A stretch of 64,000 bases of DNA from Myxococcota bacterium. Its GTDB lineage: Bacteria; Myxococcota_A; SURF-8. The DNA lies in NCBI GenBank assembly GCA_963674735.2, contig CAXXQS010000001.1, forward strand, positions 1,856,001-1,920,000, read 5' to 3'. The position numbers were made by a program, and so were the translations under genes. The notes beneath the pieces are model-generated. The model searched no databases. It had not been told where the DNA came from and saw nothing but the letters and a program-made list of their open reading frames with translations. Of this stretch, positions 56,523-64,000 are shown one piece after another; the first letter of the stretch is position 1, and every line of letters begins with the position of its first letter.

Positions 56523-57326
56523 ATGTCCGTTTCTCTTGCAAACGAAATATCCGCCGCTTCTTCGGACAGCGAAGACACGATCATCCGCTTCGATCGGGTA
56601 TCGAAATCCTTCGGGGACAAACTGGTCCTATCGGAGGTCAGTTGCGATATCCGGCGAAATAAAATCACGGTGATTGTGGGGCCATCCGGCGTTGGAAAGT
56701 CGGTCTTCATCAAACATTTGGTGGGATTGATCAAGCCTGATTCCGGGCAGGTGCTGGTCGATGGCATCGATGTGACGGGGCTCAAACGACGCGAATTATT
56801 CGCGTTGCGTAAACGCTTCGGCATGATGTTTCAAGACGGAGCCTTGTTCGATTCGATGACCGTCGGGGAGAACGTCGCGTTTCCGCTCACGCAGCACACC
56901 GACCTCTCCCGCCCCAAGATGAAAGCGATTGTGGCCGACAAACTGCGTTCGGTGGGGTTGCCCGGTATCGAAGCCCTCTATCCCTCGGAACTCTCTGGAG
57001 GTATGCGAAAACGGGTGGGTTTCGCGCGCGCGATTGTGATGGAACCGGAAATCGTTCTGTTCGACGAACCCAATTCGGGGCTCGATCCGGTGATGGCCGA
57101 TGCCATCGACAGCCTGATTTTGAACATGCAACGCGAACTGGGCATCACCTTCCTGGTCATCTCCCACGACATCGCCTCCACGCGCCGGATTGCGGATTAC
57201 GTCGGCATGTTGTACGACTCACGCCTGATCGCCTTTGGTGAACGCGAGGCCGTCTTCGGCTCCGACGACCCTATCCTGCAGCAGTTTTTCGCTCGCTGCG
57301 CCGATGGACCCATCCAAGTGGTGTAA
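56523..57326 (+). CDS. MlaF/Ttg2A-type ABC transporter ATP-binding protein
   Basis: GPSGVGKS, FQDGALFDSMTVGENVAFPL, PSELSGGMRKRV, DEPNSGLDP, SHD. Confidence 0.88.
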   Translation: MSVSLANEISAASSDSEDTIIRFDRVSKSFGDKLVLSEVSCDIRRNKITVIVGPSGVGKSVFIKHLVGLIKPDSGQVLVDGIDVTGLKRRELFALRKRFGMMFQDGALFDSMTVGENVAFPLTQHTDLSRPKMKAIVADKLRSVGLPGIEALYPSELSGGMRKRVGFARAIVMEPEIVLFDEPNSGLDPVMADAIDSLILNMQRELGITFLVISHDIASTRRIADYVGMLYDSRLIAFGEREAVFGSDDPILQQFFARCADGPIQVV

Positions 57327-57400
57327 GGACGGCTTGCAAGCATTCCCACTCCGGATTTTCCTTCGATCGTATTTGGAAGAAATCACCGTTTGGCGATCGA

Positions 57401-58228
57401 TCACACCCAGCTGTTGGTCATCACTTCGCCGATGCCGCCGCCACCGGGAACGATGTAGTGAATGTCCGTCAATCCGCGTTCCTCATCCCAACGTTCGCCG
57501 GGTTTGGTCGCCAAAACATCCGGTGCGGACAAGCCCCGGTCGAGTCGAATGGCGTAGATGATCACATCGGGATGGTTGGTGGTCAGGTTTTTCAAATATT
57601 CAGGCGTCACGATCAGGTGCATGGCTACAGTCTTCTGGGGTTGCCCCGCCCCGACCTGCTTGTAGGTGTCGAGCGTCTGCACGATGGAGGAACCGGTGGC
57701 TCCCATGGGATCGGGCAGAAGCAGGATGCGCCCGTCGAGCGCACCGCCGATTTTGGAGCTGGAAACATTCGCGCCGGTGACATGCTGCTGTTCGTCGGTG
57801 GCGCGGGCGACAAAGAAGCAGTCCAGACGCACCCCGGCCGGATTGACCAGCAGATTGAGTTGATCGTACACCACCTGGGAGGGCAGGATCCCGGCGCGCG
57901 CCACCTGCGCCACGGCCACCTTCACCTCGGAATCGAGGTTGTGTCCACGATAGACTCCGTGCTCGGTGCTGGCGATCATGCGGCTGGGAATCTCGACGTT
58001 CTGACTCGGGAATTCGGCGTTGACCGCAATCTTCAACAAGTCGATATAGAGTTCGGTAAAGAGGCGATTGGCATCGGGTTGGGCGGTCTTTTCCGCGCAC
58101 ACCTTGGCTAAAAGCGTCATCAGCACCGGCGTCGAAACGATATGCACGTTCGGCCCGTAAGCATGTTCCACTTCGGGAACCTGATAAGGCAGATTCCGGT
58201 ACTGGCAGTCGACACTTTTTCCCATCAT
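57401..58228 (-). CDS. upp: Uracil phosphoribosyltransferase (long variant)
   Basis: VARAG, PRPP-binding LLPDPMGATGSS, YIVPGGGGIGE; ATG 58228 or 58225 after a GGAGG SD. Confidence 0.82.
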   Translation of the reverse strand: MMGKSVDCQYRNLPYQVPEVEHAYGPNVHIVSTPVLMTLLAKVCAEKTAQPDANRLFTELYIDLLKIAVNAEFPSQNVEIPSRMIASTEHGVYRGHNLDSEVKVAVAQVARAGILPSQVVYDQLNLLVNPAGVRLDCFFVARATDEQQHVTGANVSSSKIGGALDGRILLLPDPMGATGSSIVQTLDTYKQVGAGQPQKTVAMHLIVTPEYLKNLTTNHPDVIIYAIRLDRGLSAPDVLATKPGERWDEERGLTDIHYIVPGGGGIGEVMTNSWV

Positions 58229-58480
58229 TTCCTCCATGTGCTGAACCCCGACAACTCCTGCTTCCGTCGCAGACAGTAAACGACAAAGCGCCCGATTCCG
58301 CAAGCCTTTTCATGCTCCATGCCGCCCCGACACTGAATCGCGGAGGCAAACGGATTGTCGAAAGTGGAACGGCAATCTCGGCTTCAGCTTTTTTCGAGAT
58401 AAACTTGAAACATGTCGTTGCTTTGAATAGTGTAAACCGACGAATCGACATCTTACCCGAATCCATGTATGGGAGTCGCG

Positions 58481-60025
58481 ATGCTGATCCTACAACGACC
58501 GCTGATACTATTTCTGTTCTCGGTTCTGACGGCGATCTTGTCTGCCGCTTGCGGTGACGACTCGTCCATGCCTGACGGCGATCTCGACGGGGAAACGGCG
58601 AACGGCGAGTCCGACATACCCGATAGCGACGCAGACAGCCCAGGCGAGGAGAGCCCCGACGGTGACCTCGACGCCCCGGAAGGCGAAGAAGGTGAAGCAG
58701 ACACACTGCGCGTGTTCTACACCGAAGACGGCTTTATCCGCGACCGCGACGGACGGGCCATCATCCTGCGCGCCATCGCCTTTCCTTCCAAAGACCTGGA
58801 TTACTGGTCCGAACAGCCGCCCGACCAGGATGAGACCGATCTCGCCTTTATCGCCGAATCGGGCTTCAACGCCATTCGCCTTGGCATCAACTGGTCCCGT
58901 ATCGAACCCGAACGCGATCAGTACGACGAAAGCTATCTCGATCTGGTGGCGCGTCACGCACGTCTGGCGGCGGACCAGGGGCTTTACATCTTCATCGACA
59001 TGCATCAGGATCTTTACGGCGTGGGATTCGGTCTTGAAGGCGCGCCCTACTGGACCTGCGACGAGGCGTATTACGAATCGTTCGAGCCCATCGAGCCGTG
59101 GTTTTTCAACTATTTTTCGGAAGAAGTCAAAGCCTGCTTCGACGGGTTCTGGGAAAGCGAGGAATTGCAGCGCCACCAGCGAAACGCCGCCGCCGCACTG
59201 GCCTCGCGCCTGACCGACAACGCGTACATTCTGGGTTTCGATACTTTCAACGAACCGCTGCCGGGGAACATGAGTTGGGACGATTTCGGCCGCGACGCCC
59301 TGTGGCCTTTCCAGGAGCGTTTTTTCGAGGCTCTAAACGCCGCCCTGCCGGGACGCATGGTCTTTTTCGAACCGGCGGTCACCTTCTCCGCTACCCTCTC
59401 GACCACTATGACGGGACCGCAGGGAGGCTTTCCGGCTGTTTTTGCGCCGCATTATTACAACCAGTCGGTCGAAAACGATTGGCTGTGGGACGGCGATCCC
59501 ACTTCCGACCGGGCCGCCATCGACGCCATCGCCGCCGAGGCCGAGCGCATGAACGTTCCCTGGGTGCTGGGGGAAATGGGGGGAGATCGACGCACGACCA
59601 ACCTCGACGACTACCTGATGTCGCTGTATGCCATGATCGACGAAAAGATGGCCAACAGCGCCATCTGGATTTTCTCGAAGGGTACCAAGGGCTTCGGGCT
59701 TTACGATTCGGAAAAACAGGACTGGACCGAGCACGCCTCGGCTTATTTGCGTCCCGCCCCTTCGGCGGTGGCAGGCACCCCGCAGCATTTCGCCTGGAAT
59801 TACGACAGCTTGACCTTCACGCTGACCTGGGATGAAAAGCCCGGTATCGGCGACACGGAAATCCTGATTCCCAAATGGATGCGCGAGGCGGGGCTGACCC
59901 TCACCGTCGACGGCTCCCCCGCCATACCGGAATACTCCGAGCATCACCGCCTGATCGTTCCCGCAGGCGACGCAGCCGTCACCCGCTCGCTGGAAATCAT
60001 CGTGAAGGAGGAGGATGGGGGGTAG
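58481..60025 (+). CDS. GH5 endoglycoceramidase-like glycoside hydrolase, lipoprotein
   Basis: SAAC lipobox; GFNAIRL..WSRIEP, DMHQD, FNEP (acid/base), APHYY, LGEMG (nucleophile), RP.P.AVAGTP C-terminal domain. Confidence 0.88.
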   Translation: MLILQRPLILFLFSVLTAILSAACGDDSSMPDGDLDGETANGESDIPDSDADSPGEESPDGDLDAPEGEEGEADTLRVFYTEDGFIRDRDGRAIILRAIAFPSKDLDYWSEQPPDQDETDLAFIAESGFNAIRLGINWSRIEPERDQYDESYLDLVARHARLAADQGLYIFIDMHQDLYGVGFGLEGAPYWTCDEAYYESFEPIEPWFFNYFSEEVKACFDGFWESEELQRHQRNAAAALASRLTDNAYILGFDTFNEPLPGNMSWDDFGRDALWPFQERFFEALNAALPGRMVFFEPAVTFSATLSTTMTGPQGGFPAVFAPHYYNQSVENDWLWDGDPTSDRAAIDAIAAEAERMNVPWVLGEMGGDRRTTNLDDYLMSLYAMIDEKMANSAIWIFSKGTKGFGLYDSEKQDWTEHASAYLRPAPSAVAGTPQHFAWNYDSLTFTLTWDEKPGIGDTEILIPKWMREAGLTLTVDGSPAIPEYSEHHRLIVPAGDAAVTRSLEIIVKEEDGG

Positions 60026-60067
60026 GAAGTGGGAAAAGGCAGAATTTGTTTTAGTGTCGGTGCAGTA

Positions 60068-61816
60068 TTATCCACGATGGCCACTAGATTCTGCCACTTT
60101 TTCGGGTGCACAATAGTACCGATGCTTGGTTTTGCCCCAAGTTGGGATCATTTCCCTTATGGTTTGTTTTTGTTCCTCTCCCAGATTATCTGCAGGCTGT
60201 TGCAAACGCTGATTTTTAATCCGGCGTATCTTCAACACATGACAAATATAACGAATGAGGGCAACAATATTGGCAGATAGGTTTATCAAGAAAGAATAAA
60301 GCGGACCGATCATAAGCAGAGTCCTAATAATAAAGCCCCAAACTTGGTCCGGGCCATACACTGCCCGTATGGAAATTGCTTTTACTACCAGGCGCTCAAC
60401 CAACAGCAATAGTATCAGCACCATAATTGCAGGATGAAGTATCTTTCCAGACCAACCCAATGCAATAAAGTCGGATAAAGGCATGAATGACAACAAATAG
60501 AGAGATAGAATCAAGCTGGAAATGTTTATATTACCTACAAGCATCATTTTTCTGTCCCGATACAGCGTGTACTTGGTCGCGAAATCTCCTTGCCAACTTT
60601 TTAGAAAATCCTTTGCCACACTTCGTTCTATACCTGGAAACATGGATTGATACACAACTCCCATCACCCATCGAGATTTTTGCCATATCGCTTCACGGAG
60701 TGTCTGCGGAAAGTATTCTCTGGTCGCAATATATGCATGGCCACTGCCTCTTTGGTTCCAGAAACAATGGGAAACCCCTTCTCTATGCAACTTGAGGGCG
60801 ATTTCGTAGTCTTCCGTCAGATGATATGGATTGAACAGCATGCCATCCGACCTATCATCCAAGAGCTTCTTCAAAGCTGAGCGTGCAATACCTGTTCCGA
60901 CACCGGCAGAAGGAACCAATCCTCCAATTCGCCACCTTGAAACAAGGTCTTTGGTGTGCGCTTCTGCAAACTCTTCCAAATATACGGCCGAAACTAGGTA
61001 ATGATGGACTTTCTTAAGTATCGTTGCGGAAACATGATTAACTCGCATCAGCATTGAAGAAACACGTCCCCTGATAAATAGGTCTTTTTCATTTTCAGAG
61101 ACAAACGAATTCTGCATATTTGACCAGTCGTCTCGCTCCGGCCAAAACGCCTGAGGGAGGGCAAACACGGGAGTCTGAACGAATTCGTAATGTTGCCTCG
61201 TCATCAATTCGTTGAATAGTTTTAGTTCCTCAGGATGAATAACATCTTCTGCATCATGTAAGACCATTATCGAAAACTTTAAGTCATTATCACCTTTAAG
61301 CGAACTGGAATTCTCATAGTCTTCTATATAGCGATAGATCTGATTCAAGTTGTCGGCTTTGCTTGTCGGGCCTCTATTTAAGCCAATAACCATGTGAACT
61401 TCCGGATAACAACCTTCGATTTGAGCTTCGGGCCGTTTTTTGCGATCCATCTCTTGCATATCCTTCAAATTCTGAATCACCCGCCTTACCTCTTTTTGCG
61501 TTTCCCTGTCATTTGGATAGAGACCCACAAAGATATGATAATTGGAATACTGTATAGATTTGATATTATTAATCAACATATCACCAATCACCGCAGCCTC
61601 ATGCCAGACCGGTACCAAGATGGCGATCGTCTGCTCGGCAAGGGCTTGATGACTATCACTGCCAGATCGCAGCTTTTTGTCGTTTTTTCTTTTCAGGATG
61701 TAATGAGTAAAAACGATATCGATAAGCAAATCATCAATTCCATTCAGCAAAGCCGTACTGACAATCAGAATTGAAAGAATAATAACAATCTCATCCGACT
61801 CTCCGCCAATCATCAA
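60068..61816 (-). CDS. NfrB-like family 2 glycosyltransferase
   Basis: VPVWHE, FVGLYPND, GPTSKADNLN, HDAEDVIHP, EFAEAHTKDL, VPSAGVG, LTEDY, TREYFP, QKSRW, C-terminal WGKT.H; N- and C-terminal TM helices; AT-rich. Confidence 0.85.
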   Translation of the reverse strand: MMIGGESDEIVIILSILIVSTALLNGIDDLLIDIVFTHYILKRKNDKKLRSGSDSHQALAEQTIAILVPVWHEAAVIGDMLINNIKSIQYSNYHIFVGLYPNDRETQKEVRRVIQNLKDMQEMDRKKRPEAQIEGCYPEVHMVIGLNRGPTSKADNLNQIYRYIEDYENSSSLKGDNDLKFSIMVLHDAEDVIHPEELKLFNELMTRQHYEFVQTPVFALPQAFWPERDDWSNMQNSFVSENEKDLFIRGRVSSMLMRVNHVSATILKKVHHYLVSAVYLEEFAEAHTKDLVSRWRIGGLVPSAGVGTGIARSALKKLLDDRSDGMLFNPYHLTEDYEIALKLHREGVSHCFWNQRGSGHAYIATREYFPQTLREAIWQKSRWVMGVVYQSMFPGIERSVAKDFLKSWQGDFATKYTLYRDRKMMLVGNINISSLILSLYLLSFMPLSDFIALGWSGKILHPAIMVLILLLLVERLVVKAISIRAVYGPDQVWGFIIRTLLMIGPLYSFLINLSANIVALIRYICHVLKIRRIKNQRLQQPADNLGEEQKQTIREMIPTWGKTKHRYYCAPEKVAESSGHRG

Positions 61817-63742
61817 CTATTGCCTTATGTCATATCTACATTGTTTCGATCCATTGGAATCTAGGAGCACTTGTGCGCATTTCCTTCTTTTCTCGGTCTT
61901 ACGGTAATCCTCTGTATCCGAGCGTTTAAACACATCAGCGCCAAGTGCCTTTCGATAATAATCCAATGCCTTCTGCAGCATAGTCTTATCCCTACTGCTC
62001 AAGTATAATTCGTGATACAATAGGCCAAGGTTCGCTTGCACCCGGGCTAGATCTAGTACGTCACCTTCTTTCTGGTGATGGGCTTCAATAATTTGGTAAG
62101 CATCAAGGGCATTTTCCAAGTTTTCAATTTTTTCCGTTTTTTCGGTTAATGCACGCGCAAGGTGATGATGGGAAATCGCCAAATTCAGGACCGTCGCTAT
62201 ATAAGAGTGATAATTGTACTTTTCCAAGTGATCAGCAGCTAAAGCAGCCTTGTAAGCTTTTCCGGCTTTCAACATATCTTGAATAATTGCGCTAGCTTTT
62301 TCGGGATCTGCTTCAGCTTTTCTTCTCTCGGCTCGTATTGAGTATGCAACCCCAATATTAATCTGGTTGTGCACATGCGGAATGGGGTCTTCATTCAACG
62401 TTAAAGTTTCGAGCGCTTTTTCATAGCAGTCAATGGCTTCACTGAAATGATCCTCATTTTGGGTGACATAATAATAATTCTGGTAAACCATCCCCTTGAC
62501 AATATTCAAAATTCCATAATCAAGAGGAAAATCATTCAACCTGACACCAGAACATTCGCCTAACGTTTTCAGCGCCACCTGTAGAAGTTTATACTTCTTC
62601 GCATGATCATTTTCAAGCTTACTCAACTGGGTATAGCAAACCGCGAGATATGATCGTATTCTGATATGCTCGAGTCGATGCTCTTCTTCTGACAGAATAT
62701 CCTCGGCTCGTTCAAAGCACTCGATGGTCTCATTTAATAGGTCATTTTTTCGTTTTGTACTTGAATCCGGGATAATAAGAAACAAGCGCTGAAGAGTTCG
62801 CCCTTTGTAAACCTGTACTGTGGCATATTCTTTCGGGTAATTTTGCCTGGTTAAGATTTTGAGTGCTTCATCGTGGAGGCTAATAGCTTTTTGAACTTCT
62901 TCCGGATCACGGTTTAATTGTCCCAGTATTCCGGTTGCTCTGCCTAGGTATGTACGGGTGATTTCTGTTTCTTTGATTTGTGAGTCCTGATCCGTCTTTC
63001 CAATCAGAAGAAGTGCTTTTTCATGATGGAAATAGGACTTTTCAGCAAGGGAAGATTGGTTTTGGGCCTCCGTTAACAAATAGTAGGCTTTCCCGATGGA
63101 ATTATGTATCCTTATTTCATCAGCTACAGCTAAACCAACATTTTTCATTTTCAACGCACGCTTGTAGTGCCTAATGGCTTCATTCGCATAATTGATTCTG
63201 GCGCGTAAGTTTGCACGAAATAAGTAAGCATCCCCTAGCATACGCTCACATTGATATTTGGTTTTATCTTTTACCGCTTCTTGACCGGCAATCGATTTGA
63301 TAAGATGAATGGCTTTGCTAAGATGAAGTTCACTGTTTTCCAATGAAGCTAGCTTAATCAAGCATTCTGCTTGGTGAATACAAATTTCATTGTGAAGCCG
63401 ATCACTTTCATCGGATAGGATACATGCTTCTTTTAGTTTTCTTTTCTGGGTACCTATTAGGGATAATTGTTCATTAATCGTTTCAACTTTTTGTTTTTCC
63501 GTAAGATAGATTTCGTTTGTTTCATCCAAACGACATTCTATTTTAGCCACCTGCTTGTCGATCATTTCCAGTTGAATATTATTATCCTTATATTTCTTAA
63601 AAGGGTTGGTAATAAAGTATGCGACAAAAAAACAACCGAGAGCGCCAGCTGCCGCCATCAAAGCTTTCGTAAACAATTTGTTTATTCTTCCTAGCGCCTT
63701 ATCACTTTGATTGGCTTCTTTGGGCTGATCGCTTTCCGTCAT
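61817..63742 (-). CDS. Membrane-anchored TPR-repeat protein
   Basis: N-terminal TM helix and coiled coil, then long-loop TPRs (A..Y..AL...N(L/I)G..Y); its stop abuts the GT2 start; AT-rich. Confidence 0.8.
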   Translation of the reverse strand: MTESDQPKEANQSDKALGRINKLFTKALMAAAGALGCFFVAYFITNPFKKYKDNNIQLEMIDKQVAKIECRLDETNEIYLTEKQKVETINEQLSLIGTQKRKLKEACILSDESDRLHNEICIHQAECLIKLASLENSELHLSKAIHLIKSIAGQEAVKDKTKYQCERMLGDAYLFRANLRARINYANEAIRHYKRALKMKNVGLAVADEIRIHNSIGKAYYLLTEAQNQSSLAEKSYFHHEKALLLIGKTDQDSQIKETEITRTYLGRATGILGQLNRDPEEVQKAISLHDEALKILTRQNYPKEYATVQVYKGRTLQRLFLIIPDSSTKRKNDLLNETIECFERAEDILSEEEHRLEHIRIRSYLAVCYTQLSKLENDHAKKYKLLQVALKTLGECSGVRLNDFPLDYGILNIVKGMVYQNYYYVTQNEDHFSEAIDCYEKALETLTLNEDPIPHVHNQINIGVAYSIRAERRKAEADPEKASAIIQDMLKAGKAYKAALAADHLEKYNYHSYIATVLNLAISHHHLARALTEKTEKIENLENALDAYQIIEAHHQKEGDVLDLARVQANLGLLYHELYLSSRDKTMLQKALDYYRKALGADVFKRSDTEDYRKTEKRRKCAQVLLDSNGSKQCRYDIRQ

Positions 63743-63867
63743 AACTGAATCCCTTCTTACTACCGCCGAATAGGAAACTACCCCAAGTTTTTTTATTCAG
63801 AAATATTGTAGGCTTATTCTTCAAGTATAACATAAGTCCTTATTATGTATACTTTAATTTTAGACAC

Positions 63868-63896
63868 AAAAAAACCCGACTCCTTGCGAAGCCGGG
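63868..63896 (-). terminator. Rho-independent terminator of the gene entering from the right edge
   Basis: CCCGGCT-loop-AGTCGGG followed by T7 on the minus strand. Confidence 0.8.
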
Positions 63897-63917
63897 CGGG
63901 GAAAGAGGCGGGATTGC

Positions 63918-64000
63918 TTATGGGTCGAGGCGCCAGCGTTGGGCGGCCTCGGGGGTAAAGGTCGGCAGGTCGGGACGACGGTAGGCGCGATACGGGGCCT
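63918..64000 (-). CDS. 3' end of a gene extending beyond the window
   Basis: GC-rich open frame ...APYRAYRRPDLPTFTPEAAQRWRLDP* ending just before a terminator. Confidence 0.5.
   Translation of the reverse strand, partial: APYRAYRRPDLPTFTPEAAQRWRLDP

Noticed and set aside
57600-58706. 368-aa Arg/Gly-rich minus-strand ORF
   Set aside because: Alternative frame overlapping upp and the GH5 gene; composition typical of off-frame GC-rich sequence.
1-60000. Apparent abundance of ATCGAT/CGATCG (HIP1-like over-representation)
   Set aside because: Plausibly explained by ATC-GAY/GAA codon pairs; needs a codon-aware k-mer test that I cannot run.
60029-63916. Weak direct repeat at the island edges (GGGAAAAGGCAGAATT vs GGGAAAGAGGCGGGATT)
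   Set aside because: Too degenerate and purine-rich to call an att site or TSD.
1-64000. CRISPR array or cas genes associated with the TPR-CHAT protein
   Set aside because: No regularly spaced direct repeats and no cas-like ORFs seen; the CHAT protein appears exported, unlike Csx29.

Overview
Gene-dense, moderately GC-rich bacterial chromosome segment. Its gene content (PEGA-domain Ser/Thr kinase, FHA-ATPase, J-domain/TPR plus divergent DnaK, acidic-linker lipoproteins) suggests a Myxococcota/deltaproteobacterial-type organism; this is inference, not a database result. It holds about 37 CDSs and one tRNA-Arg(CCT). Housekeeping genes include nfi, truA, mutY, fumC, surE, nlpD, ihfB, miaB, upp and apbE. 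The strongest candidate for an undescribed system is a tight four-gene operon at 2718-17562: a GspE/PilB-type ATPase that unusually carries its own signal peptide, extracytoplasmic coiled coil and TM anchor; an AsmA/YdbH-like bridge protein; a YnbE/YdbL(DUF1318)-like lipoprotein; and a 2850-aa lipoprotein with a PD40 propeller, TPRs, one degenerate and one intact caspase-like CHAT domain. Other notable items: an operon with four paralogous radical SAM domains and no precursor peptide, divergent from a long KamA-like radical SAM gene; a catalytically dead FHA-CpaF/TadA pseudo-ATPase; two families of ~180-bp MITE-like elements carrying internal REP-like doublets (one with a perfect 9-bp target duplication); a set of lipoproteins with DGD-repeat acidic stalks; and an AT-rich two-gene insert encoding a membrane TPR protein and an NfrB-like glycosyltransferase. 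Product calls come from motifs recognised by eye, and no searches were run.
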